Positions 1-8,045 of a stretch of DNA of 64,000 bases are shown here, piece after piece (positions within the stretch are counted from its first letter, which is position 1; every line of letters starts with the position of its first letter). Under the pieces are notes generated by a model, which saw only the letters and a list, made by a program, of their open reading frames with translations, did not search any database and was not told the DNA's origin. Where the stretch lies: the sequence record DRR723986_4720. One strand, given 5' to 3'. A program made the position numbers and the translations under genes.

Positions 1-486
1 AACGCCGCCACCAACCCCTATTTCGGCCATGTGCTCGACACCGACCTCGGGGCATTCAACAAGACGGTCGAGGTCAATATCCGCGGCTACTTCTTCGTGT
101 CCATCGAGGCGGGCAAGCTCATGCGGGAGCAGGGCGGTGGCGCGATTGTTAACACCGCCTCCATCAACGCCCTGCAGCCAGGGCCCATGCAGGGTATTTA
201 CTCCATCACCAAGGCGGCGGTGGTCAACATGACCAAGGTATTCGCCAAGGAATGCGGGCCGCTGGGAATACGCTGTAATGCCTTGCTCCCGGGGATCACC
301 CGAACCAAATTTGCCGGTGCGCTATTCGAGCATGACGAAATTTACAATGAAGCGATGAAGCGGATTCCCCTGGGTCGCCACGCGGAACCGGACGAGATGG
401 CCGGTACGGTGTTGTACCTGGTGTCCGACGCTGGCAGCTATACCAACGGCGAGTGCATCGTCGTCGACGGTGGTATGACAACCTAG
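1..486 (+). CDS. SDR family oxidoreductase (5'-truncated by window edge)
   Basis: Frame open from base 1 (NAATNPYFGHVLDTD...); YSITK catalytic YxxxK; C-terminal IVVDGG. Confidence 0.9.
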   Translation, partial: NAATNPYFGHVLDTDLGAFNKTVEVNIRGYFFVSIEAGKLMREQGGGAIVNTASINALQPGPMQGIYSITKAAVVNMTKVFAKECGPLGIRCNALLPGITRTKFAGALFEHDEIYNEAMKRIPLGRHAEPDEMAGTVLYLVSDAGSYTNGECIVVDGGMTT

Positions 487-1169
487 CGCAGGTAGGTGAA
501 GCCACCTTCCTTGATGTAGAGCTCACAATAGTCATCACTGGTGGGTATCAGTGAGCCGCCCGCCGGGATGCGCAGCCAGCAATGGGTGGGGTAATGACCG
601 CGCTCATCGGCAAAGCCCCCAGCCAGTACCAGCAGCTCGGCACCGAGCGGGAAATTGATCCTGCCCATTTCCGCCGGTGACTCCCAGCGTTCCAGTCGGC
701 TGAAGTCGGTGTAGGGCTCCTGGGCATAAAGCTTCTTCCAGCTCACGCTTTTGCGCACCGAGGGTTTCCAGTCCAGGTCGTGAGTCTGGCACGCCACGTG
801 AATCCGGTCAGCGCCCGGGTACTGCCGCAGTTTCACGAATAGCAGGCAGCCCTCCCGGGAAAACGGTGCGTGGTGAAAGCCTTCCGGGTTCAGCAGGTAG
901 GTGCCTGCGGGCCAGTCGCCGTGCTCATCGGAAAACACCCCGTCCAGTACCAGGATCTCCTCCCCCTCGGGGTGGTCGTGGCCGGGGAAGCTGGCGCCGG
1001 GCTGGTAGCGCACCAGCGAGGTGACCTGGCCGGATTCTGCCGGACCAACCCGGTGCAGGCGCTTGCGCAGCACGTGGCCGCCCGGGCTCTCGGTCCAGGC
1101 GAGTTGCTCGCTGTCGATCGCAAGACGCGCTGACAGGTCGCCGTTAAGGTCCTCAATAGCTTGGTTCAT
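483..1169 (-). CDS. ChrR-like tandem cupin domain protein
   Basis: TSLVRYQPGASFPGHDHPEGEEILVLDGVFSDEHGDWPAGTYLLNP is the ChrR cupin signature; second degenerate cupin follows. Confidence 0.85.
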   Translation of the reverse strand: MNQAIEDLNGDLSARLAIDSEQLAWTESPGGHVLRKRLHRVGPAESGQVTSLVRYQPGASFPGHDHPEGEEILVLDGVFSDEHGDWPAGTYLLNPEGFHHAPFSREGCLLFVKLRQYPGADRIHVACQTHDLDWKPSVRKSVSWKKLYAQEPYTDFSRLERWESPAEMGRINFPLGAELLVLAGGFADERGHYPTHCWLRIPAGGSLIPTSDDYCELYIKEGGFTYLR

Positions 1170-1269
1170 AGTGATTCCGCTTGTCCCAGATGCTGGGTGA
1201 CAGTCTGGATTGGACTCCGTGGCTGTCGTGGTGTTCCTGCTGTGACCAGGCCACCGCCAGTTCCCGGGT

Positions 1270-1440
1270 TTATCCCCTGACGTCGGTCAGGACCAGCCAC
1301 AGGGCGTGAAGAACGCCTGGAACCCACACGAACAGGCAGAGGATGATATTCAGCCACAGGTGCTTACTGGCGCCGACCTGGAGGAAGGCCGCCAGGGGCG
1401 GCAGAAGGATGGCGATTATGATGAGCAGCAATTTACTCAT
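1270..1440 (-). CDS. yqaE: YqaE/Pmp3 family small membrane proteolipid (56 aa, absent from ORF track)
   Basis: Manual translation MSKLLLIIIAILLPPLAAFLQVGASKHLWLNIILCLFVWVPGVLHALWLVLTDVRG; LPPL and PGxxHALW motifs; AAGGAG RBS. Confidence 0.92.
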   Translation of the reverse strand: MSKLLLIIIAILLPPLAAFLQVGASKHLWLNIILCLFVWVPGVLHALWLVLTDVRG

Positions 1441-1567
1441 GGGATAGTCTCCTTGTGGTTATCCGTCGGTCATCCGTTGTATTAACGGGGACAGTGAAAA
1501 GCTGCCAACAGGATAGCGCCGAATCACGAATCAACAAGCGTTTTACACCCGCTACGGACGAAGAGTA

Positions 1568-2539
1568 ATGAAGAAAGTACTGGTGACCCATCAACTTCCC
1601 GGCGACAGGATTCACGACCTGGCCCAGTGCAGCGAGGTGAATGTCTGGGTTGGGCCGGGCCTGCTGTCGGCCAGCGGCCTGCGGGAGGAACTGGCCGGCT
1701 GCTCGGGCCTGGTCTGCCTGCTCACAGACCGGGTGGATGCGCAGCTGCTGGATGCCATGCCGGGGCTGGAATTTATCTCCAGCATGTCGGTGGGGGTGGA
1801 CCATATCGATGTTGCGGCCGCCTCCCGCCGGGGAATCCCGGTTGGCAACACGCCCGGTGTGTTGGTGGAAACCACTGCGGATACAGCATTCGGCCTGCTG
1901 CTGGCGGCCGCCCGCCGTATGGGGGAGGCGGATCGCTTTGTGCGCCAGGGTAACTGGGGCCCCGAGAACGCCTGGTCGCCCGATTTCTTTACCGGCAAGG
2001 ATGTGGCCGGCGCCACCCTGGGTATCATCGGCCTCGGTGAGACGGGACAGGCGGTAGCGCGCCGGGCCAGGGGATTCGGCATGCGCGTGCTGGCCTGGAA
2101 CCGCAGCCCGCGCTCGGTTGAGGGTGTGGAGAGCTTATCCCTGGAGACCCTGTTAGCGGCCAGCGATTTCGTCAGCGTGCACGTCGCCCTGGCAGCGGAA
2201 ACCCGCAACCTGCTCGATGCGTCCCGCATCGCGGCGATGAAACCGGGCGCCGTCCTGGTTAACACGGCTCGCGGGGGCATTGTGGATGAGTATGCGCTGG
2301 CGGATGCGCTATCCCGCGGCCATCTCTATGCTGCCGGCATTGATGTGTTCGAACAGGAGCCGGTGCCGCGGGACAATCCCCTGGTCAGCCTGTCCAACGT
2401 GGTGCTGGCACCCCACATCGGCAGTGCCACGGTGCAGACCCGGGCCCGGATGGCAGACCTCGCGGCGGAAAATGCGATCGCCGCCCTGGAGCAGCGGGTT
2501 ATGCCCCACTGCGTCAATCCCGAGGTTTACCCGGCCTAG
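1568..2539 (+). CDS. D-isomer-specific 2-hydroxyacid dehydrogenase (glyoxylate reductase/D-glycerate dehydrogenase)
   Basis: GIIGLGETG Rossmann motif, NTARGGIVDE, DVFEQEP, PHIGSAT. Confidence 0.92.
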   Translation: MKKVLVTHQLPGDRIHDLAQCSEVNVWVGPGLLSASGLREELAGCSGLVCLLTDRVDAQLLDAMPGLEFISSMSVGVDHIDVAAASRRGIPVGNTPGVLVETTADTAFGLLLAAARRMGEADRFVRQGNWGPENAWSPDFFTGKDVAGATLGIIGLGETGQAVARRARGFGMRVLAWNRSPRSVEGVESLSLETLLAASDFVSVHVALAAETRNLLDASRIAAMKPGAVLVNTARGGIVDEYALADALSRGHLYAAGIDVFEQEPVPRDNPLVSLSNVVLAPHIGSATVQTRARMADLAAENAIAALEQRVMPHCVNPEVYPA

Positions 2540-3117
2540 CTGCCGGCTTTGGGTAACGGGCGCAGGCCCTGGCGGATCGCGGACCGAACGGTCCTGGTGA
2601 GTTGCTTGTCTTCGGCCGTGTTGGCGTTTTCTACGATTTTGGTGATGATCACCCGCCACACCTCTTCCTTGCGTGCGACGTCGTTAAACTGCAGGGCGAT
2701 ATTATTGGTTTCCTTTACCCCGCCCAGGGCATAGGCATTGTCCACCGAGGCCTGGTCGATGTTGCGATTGGGGATCACACCCGGGTAGGTGGACAGGTTG
2801 CTGGCTTCGCTGCCTTTTTCACCCATGCGCATGCCGACGGCGAACAGGTAATCGACGCTGAACTGGGCCCGTTCCGGGTCGAGCACATAGCCCTTGCTCT
2901 GTAGCTCGCTGTCGATTTCCCGGCGCAGGACCGGGTCCATCACGTACAGGGGGTCGGTTGACTGGGCATTGCTCTGCAGAGGCACGCTGCGCCACTTGTA
3001 ATACGTGTAGTTGCCCTCGGCGAACCGGGCGGTGTCCTCGGGCCGGGTTTCGATACCACCGCAGGCCCAGAGAAGCGCGGCTGTCAGTAGCAGGGTTAAT
3101 GAAGTTGGCAGGCGCAT
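2536..3117 (-). CDS. DUF4136-like lipoprotein
   Basis: Lipobox LLWAC; YKW...RREIDSELQSKGY and EEVWR pattern. Start taken at MRLPTSL; upstream ATG at 3159 is possible. Confidence 0.7.
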   Translation of the reverse strand: MRLPTSLTLLLTAALLWACGGIETRPEDTARFAEGNYTYYKWRSVPLQSNAQSTDPLYVMDPVLRREIDSELQSKGYVLDPERAQFSVDYLFAVGMRMGEKGSEASNLSTYPGVIPNRNIDQASVDNAYALGGVKETNNIALQFNDVARKEEVWRVIITKIVENANTAEDKQLTRTVRSAIRQGLRPLPKAGS

Positions 3118-3197
3118 GGTCCGGTGGTCTCCTGGTTTGGCCGTCGTGGCGGGGTTCATGGTAGCAGGGGTCGCTGGACCCAGCTATACGCGTGACG

Positions 3198-3767
3198 TCA
3201 TCGGCTGGCCGGTATGCTGGCCAGCAATTGCCGGGCGGCCCAGGTCATCCGCTCCTGCTGCAGCGAAACCTCCTGCATCCCGGGCTCGGTGAACACCTCC
3301 AGAGCGCCGCGCCAGACAATATCCCCGGTGCCCGCTGGCGCGATAGCGACCAGAACGCTGCCCTGGCGGTACTGCCGGGAAGGTGCCTCAAGTGCGGGAT
3401 ACAGGCGGAACACTTCCTCTACCTCCGGGTGCCCTGAAATCGTCCCCAGCATGGCGAGCGCGGTCACTGCATAGTCGGCCTCGCCGGGCTGGTCGACGAA
3501 CCGGAAGCCCTTGCGTTCAAACTCCTGTTGCAGTGCTCGCTGCAGGCTATCCGCCCGGCGCTCAAAGCGGCCTTCCGGGTCATCGACCCAGATCAGGCTC
3601 GACCGCCAGGCGAGAGTTGTGTCGGCGGTGATCACGAAACCGGGCAGGCTCACCGAGACCGCGCTCGCCCGGCGCGGCGCCTCCTGCGGGGGTGCCGGTG
3701 CGGCGGTGCAGCCCCACAACAGGGTTGCGACCAGCAGGCATGACAGCGTCTTCAGGCGGGTGGACAT
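3198..3767 (-). CDS. DUF4136-like lipoprotein
   Basis: Lipobox LLWGC; QQEFERKGF...ADY, YRQGSVLVAI...IVWRG. Confidence 0.75.
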   Translation of the reverse strand: MSTRLKTLSCLLVATLLWGCTAAPAPPQEAPRRASAVSVSLPGFVITADTTLAWRSSLIWVDDPEGRFERRADSLQRALQQEFERKGFRFVDQPGEADYAVTALAMLGTISGHPEVEEVFRLYPALEAPSRQYRQGSVLVAIAPAGTGDIVWRGALEVFTEPGMQEVSLQQERMTWAARQLLASIPASR

Positions 3768-3937
3768 GGGCTCTCCCTGACAATCATCTGGGTCGGAAAT
3801 AGTAAACGATTTGCCGCTCGCTGGCAGCGCGAGTGCCTTATTACGCCTGCAGGGCTGCTTACAGGTGCCTGATCTGATTCTACTTTTTTAGGAAATTAAG
3901 CGTGTTTTCACAAAATCGCTTTGCTAGCATCGGTGCT

Positions 3938-3952
3938 ATAACCAGAAGTTAT
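3938..3952. promoter_or_regulatory. LysR-type T-N11-A inverted repeat ATAAC-N5-GTTAT (probable autoregulatory site)
   Basis: Perfect 5-bp arms 15 bp upstream of the LysR ATG. Confidence 0.55.
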
Positions 3953-3966
3953 GGAGCGGGGAAAGT

Positions 3967-4968
3967 ATGATCTCACGCAAATTGGTACGCACCGATCTCA
4001 ATCTGCTGGTTGCCCTGCAGATACTGCTCGAGGAGCGCAACGTCACCCGCGCCGCGGAACGGCTGTCGGTATCCCAGCCGGCCCTGAGCAAGACCTTGCA
4101 GAAACTTCGAGATGCGTTCGAGGACGAGCTGTTCACCCGAACCGCTCATGGCCTGATTCCTACACCCAGGGCGGAGGCGCTTGCCCAGCAACTCCCGGCC
4201 CTGCTGGAGTCGGTGGAGCAGGTGCTCGGCAATGACGCCTTCGACCCGGCGACCTACGTCGGCTGCTTCAAGATCCTGTTGCCGCCGATCATCAGTGAGG
4301 CCCTGCTGCCCAAGCTGATGGCGGAGCTGCACCAGGTTGCGCCCAGTGTGCAGGTCATCACCGCCGAGGTCACACCGGACTACCAGGACAAGTTGAAGAA
4401 AGGCGAGGCGGACTTTGCTGCCTTCGTCGCCCTGGAGACCGAGCGGGATATTCATGCCGAACCGATTTCCGCTCTCGCACCGCGCTGCTATATGCGCCTC
4501 GATCATCCCCTGGTTGATCGCGAAATGACCCTGCAGGACTTTCTGGCCTTTCCTCACTTGCGCCTCTACCTGCCCGGCCTGACCCGGGAAAACACCAGCA
4601 TGGTGGACGATGTACTGGGGCAGTACGGCGTGCACCGGACGATTGCCCTGGAGACCACCCAGTTTGCCTCGGCGGTCGGCGTGCTGTCGCGGACAGATAC
4701 CTTGCTGGTGGCGAACGCGGGTTTCGAGGAGAGCGGACTCTACCGCGGCCTGATCGTGGACAAGGAGTTGCCGGCGGAGCTGCAGCGCATGATCCGCAAT
4801 ACCCACAGCACCAACCGGGGCAAGATGTCACTCATGCGTCACACCCGCACCGCACGTTCAGCTCCGCACCAGTGGATGCGTACCCTGCTGATGAAGCACC
4901 TGACCCGTTCCGAGCACAAGGTCGACCCGGCCGAGCGGCTCGGGATTGGCGCTGCCACCGCCGCCTGA
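3967..4968 (+). CDS. LysR family transcriptional regulator (NodD/YidZ-like)
   Basis: DLNLLVALQILLEERNVTRAAERLSVSQPALSKTLQKLR HTH, LFTR, PTPRA. Confidence 0.95.
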   Translation: MISRKLVRTDLNLLVALQILLEERNVTRAAERLSVSQPALSKTLQKLRDAFEDELFTRTAHGLIPTPRAEALAQQLPALLESVEQVLGNDAFDPATYVGCFKILLPPIISEALLPKLMAELHQVAPSVQVITAEVTPDYQDKLKKGEADFAAFVALETERDIHAEPISALAPRCYMRLDHPLVDREMTLQDFLAFPHLRLYLPGLTRENTSMVDDVLGQYGVHRTIALETTQFASAVGVLSRTDTLLVANAGFEESGLYRGLIVDKELPAELQRMIRNTHSTNRGKMSLMRHTRTARSAPHQWMRTLLMKHLTRSEHKVDPAERLGIGAATAA

Positions 4969-4974
4969 ATCCCA

Positions 4975-5856
4975 CTACTTGCGACCCGAGCCGCGGTAGG
5001 CCCGCGGCGACAGTCCCAGGGTTTTCTTGAACAGCCGCGAAAAGTACAGCGGGTCGCTATAGCCGAGAGCGGCGGCGATCGCTTTCACGCTCAGCTCCGA
5101 ACTGTCCAGCAGTTGGCAGGCGCGCTGCATCTTCATATGGAGGAAGTGCTTGATAGGCGAGTAGCCGGTCAAGGCCTTATAGCGCGCCGAGAAATGGTAC
5201 TTTGACAGGTGGGCGACCGCCGCCAGGTCTTCCAGCTCGAGGTTCTGGTCGAGCCGGTCCTGCATGAAGGCCTGTATCTTGTCGAGCTGCAGCGCTCCTG
5301 GTCCGGCGGCCCGCTGGTGGCCCGACTCCAGTGCCAGCCGGGTCATTAGCTGGCGCCATTGGTTGCTGGCGTTGATGAAGGCGGCAGCGCTGTAGCCACT
5401 GTCGCGGACCCCGAGCAGGCTATTGAAACCCGCAACCAGCTCCGGCACGACCCCGCAGTGCACCACAGGCTGCCCCTCGCGGTAGCCCAGGTGATCCAGG
5501 AACTCTCGCGCTGCGGTGCCGCGGAAGTGAACCCAGTACAGGCTCCAGGGGGCCTCCTCGTCGGCGGCGTAGCTGTGGGCCAGACCGGTGGGTAACAGCA
5601 CCAGGTCGCCGGGGCTGATCGGGAAGCGCTGCCCGCCGGCGCGCAGCGAACCTTTGCCCTCGACGCAATACAGCACCAGGTTGTCATCATGGCGGCTGCG
5701 CCGCATGCGGTGGCCGCGGGCGTGCGGGTAGTAGCCCAGCGCGGTGGGATAGCAGTCGCGGGTGAGGGGGTGCTGGTGCAGCTTTTCCAGCAGGAAACCT
5801 GGTGTAAGCAAACGCACACCCTGTTCCGGCAGGGGCCATTTCGATGGGCGGCTCAC
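4975..5856 (-). CDS. AraC family regulator (MmsR-like, N-terminal cupin)
   Basis: PWSLYWVHFRG cupin; C-terminal IAAALGYSDPLYFSRLFKKTLGLSPRAYR. Confidence 0.93.
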   Translation of the reverse strand: MSRPSKWPLPEQGVRLLTPGFLLEKLHQHPLTRDCYPTALGYYPHARGHRMRRSRHDDNLVLYCVEGKGSLRAGGQRFPISPGDLVLLPTGLAHSYAADEEAPWSLYWVHFRGTAAREFLDHLGYREGQPVVHCGVVPELVAGFNSLLGVRDSGYSAAAFINASNQWRQLMTRLALESGHQRAAGPGALQLDKIQAFMQDRLDQNLELEDLAAVAHLSKYHFSARYKALTGYSPIKHFLHMKMQRACQLLDSSELSVKAIAAALGYSDPLYFSRLFKKTLGLSPRAYRGSGRK

Positions 5857-5957
5857 GGGAGTGCGGGCGGTTCCTGCCGGTGTCCAGAGATACCCGCAAT
5901 ATAGTCTATGTATTGCGCCCGGGGCCAGCCGGCTTGCGGCTGCCGGGGAGGTGCCGC

Positions 5958-6149
5958 CTAGTTGCCTTCTTCCAGGGACTTGAGCCGGTCTTCGGCGGAT
6001 TGCTGCAGTTTTTGCTCCACCTGCTCTGCTTTCTCCAGGGACTTCTTGTAGCCCTCGGGGATGGCATCTTCTGGCTCCTCGTCCTTCATGCAGCCACCGA
6101 GGGTAAACACCAGGACCAGTGCGGTGATGGCGGCTTGGGTTTGCTTCAT
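5958..6149 (-). CDS. Small hypothetical lipoprotein (63 aa)
   Basis: MKQTQAAITALVLVFTLGGC lipobox, charged helical tail, GGGAG RBS. Confidence 0.75.
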   Translation of the reverse strand: MKQTQAAITALVLVFTLGGCMKDEEPEDAIPEGYKKSLEKAEQVEQKLQQSAEDRLKSLEEGN

Positions 6150-6309
6150 GTTGTTACTCCCTGTCAGCTTAGCGGCTAGCCGTGGACTGGAGCCCCGGGC
6201 AGAGCTTTTACACGAACCAGTCATGGCAGTTTCACTGGCCGCGCGCACCATGGCCCGCAGAACAATGCTCCCCTACAGTATAGGCAGTATTCCTGCGAGG
6301 TAAGCGCTT

Positions 6310-7113
6310 ATGGCCTTTGTTACCGTCGAGAAGCCCCGCCCCGGGGTCACCCTGATCACACTCAACCGCCCGGAGCGCATGAATGCCATGGCATTCGACG
6401 TGATGGTGCCCTTCAAGGAAGCGCTGGAGGAAGTCAGCTTTGATAATGAGACCCGGGTGGTGGTGGTCACTGGCGCGGGTGAGGCTTTCTGCTCCGGTGC
6501 GGACCTTGAAGACCCCGGCTGGCTCGATATTTTCAATGGCCTGACGGTTCCCGGTATTGCCCGTCGGGCGATGAAGATCCTGGATGATGTGGTGAAAGCT
6601 ATTCACGACATGCACCAACCGGTTATCGGGGCGATTAACGGTCCCGCGATTGGTGGTGGCTTCTGCCTGGCGATGGCCACCGATATCCGGGTCGCGGCGG
6701 AGCAGGCCTATTTCCGGCCCGCGGGCATTAACAACGGGCTGACCTCCGCAGAACTGGGGCTGAGTTACCTGTTGCCGCGGGCGATCGGCACGTCGAGGGC
6801 GTTTGAGATCATGCTCACCGGGCGTGATGTTGCTGCCGACGAGGCCGCGCAGATTGGCATGGTCAGCCAGGTGGTTTCCCGGGAAGCGCTGCTCGACAGG
6901 TGTTATGCGATGGCCGAGCGGATTATCGGGTTCAGCCAGCTGGGCGTGGAGCTTAGCAAGCAGATGCTGTGGGCCGGCATGGACGCGGGAAGCCTGCACA
7001 GCCACATGAATCACGAGGGGCATGCCCAGCTGTTCGTGCGCATGACCACCAAGAATTTTGAGGAAGCCATCCTGGCCCGGCGGGAAGGTCGGCCGCCTGC
7101 ATTTCAGGATTGA
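6310..7113 (+). CDS. Enoyl-CoA hydratase/isomerase (crotonase) family
   Basis: LNRPERMNA, AFCSGADL, GAINGPAIGGG. Confidence 0.93.
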   Translation: MAFVTVEKPRPGVTLITLNRPERMNAMAFDVMVPFKEALEEVSFDNETRVVVVTGAGEAFCSGADLEDPGWLDIFNGLTVPGIARRAMKILDDVVKAIHDMHQPVIGAINGPAIGGGFCLAMATDIRVAAEQAYFRPAGINNGLTSAELGLSYLLPRAIGTSRAFEIMLTGRDVAADEAAQIGMVSQVVSREALLDRCYAMAERIIGFSQLGVELSKQMLWAGMDAGSLHSHMNHEGHAQLFVRMTTKNFEEAILARREGRPPAFQD

Positions 7114-7125
7114 CCGCTGCTGCAG

Positions 7126-7157
7126 AAAAAGGCGCGAGCCGCTCAGCGGGTCGCGCC
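7126..7157 (-). terminator. Rho-independent terminator of the Gld-like operon; hairpin loop is the DUF4340 stop codon
   Basis: Minus strand GGCGCGACCCGC-TGA-GCGGCTCGCGCC-TTTTT (11 of 12 pairs). Confidence 0.65.
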
Positions 7158-8045
7158 GGTCCCTGCCAGCAAGGTGGCGTCGATACTGGTGAGGCGGTCG
7201 TAGTCGTAGGCGCTGAGCGTAAAGAACAGCGCGTGTCGACTGCTGTAGGCGGCGTAATAGCCCGCCAGGTCGAACAGCTCGAGGTCGACCGGCCCGCTGG
7301 CGTCCTCGATACGCAGGGACAGGCTGGGTGCCTGCTCCGACAGGCTGCGCTGTTCGTCTTCACCGGCAATGCCCTCGACCTGGATGCTGCCGAGGACGAG
7401 TAAGAGCGCGTCCAGTTCACGCGGCTCCGGTGCCTCGCCTGCCGCATTGCGCCATTCCCCCTGCTGCTGCGCCAGCTGGAAGCCCGGGCCCCGGATGCTG
7501 GTTGGCTGGGCTATTTGCAGCAGTTTCCGATCCAGCCACTGCTGGCTGACAGCCGGCGCATCGTGCGCGTTGTATTCGATCGTGTAGACCTCGTCCTGGG
7601 CGTCGTTGCGGGCATGGACCTTGCGGAACCCCGGCGAGGTGCCCAGGTAAATGGTACCCAGCAGCTCGCCGTCGCCGATGAAGGTGATGCGGCGGCGAAA
7701 ATGATAGGCGGCGACCTGGAAGCGCTGCCTGGCGGCAACGCTCCCGGCTACCGGCCGGCCCTGGTCGGTGCCGGTGATTGCGGCCAGCAGGCGTTCTATT
7801 TTGCCGCTGTCGGCCGGCAGATCGTCCATATCCGGCAGGACCCAGCGTCCATCCTGCTTCACCAGCAATGCTTCCTGGTCGCGATCATCGTTGACCTGGA
7901 TTTCGTCGATACCCTCGGCGACAGCTGGCAGCAGCGGGTCCGCTTCCGGCGTAGCCGGTAGCATGGATTCCGGCCGGTGGACCAGCAGTACCAGGCCGAG
8001 CTGCAGTATTAGCAGGCCGGCCAGTCCGAGGGCAGCCCTGCTCAC
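7143..8045 (-). CDS. DUF4340 domain membrane-anchored protein
   Basis: N-terminal TM, IYLGTSPGFRKVHAR, WLDRKLL; position directly after GldG-like gene. Confidence 0.8.
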   Translation of the reverse strand: MSRAALGLAGLLILQLGLVLLVHRPESMLPATPEADPLLPAVAEGIDEIQVNDDRDQEALLVKQDGRWVLPDMDDLPADSGKIERLLAAITGTDQGRPVAGSVAARQRFQVAAYHFRRRITFIGDGELLGTIYLGTSPGFRKVHARNDAQDEVYTIEYNAHDAPAVSQQWLDRKLLQIAQPTSIRGPGFQLAQQQGEWRNAAGEAPEPRELDALLLVLGSIQVEGIAGEDEQRSLSEQAPSLSLRIEDASGPVDLELFDLAGYYAAYSSRHALFFTLSAYDYDRLTSIDATLLAGTGATR

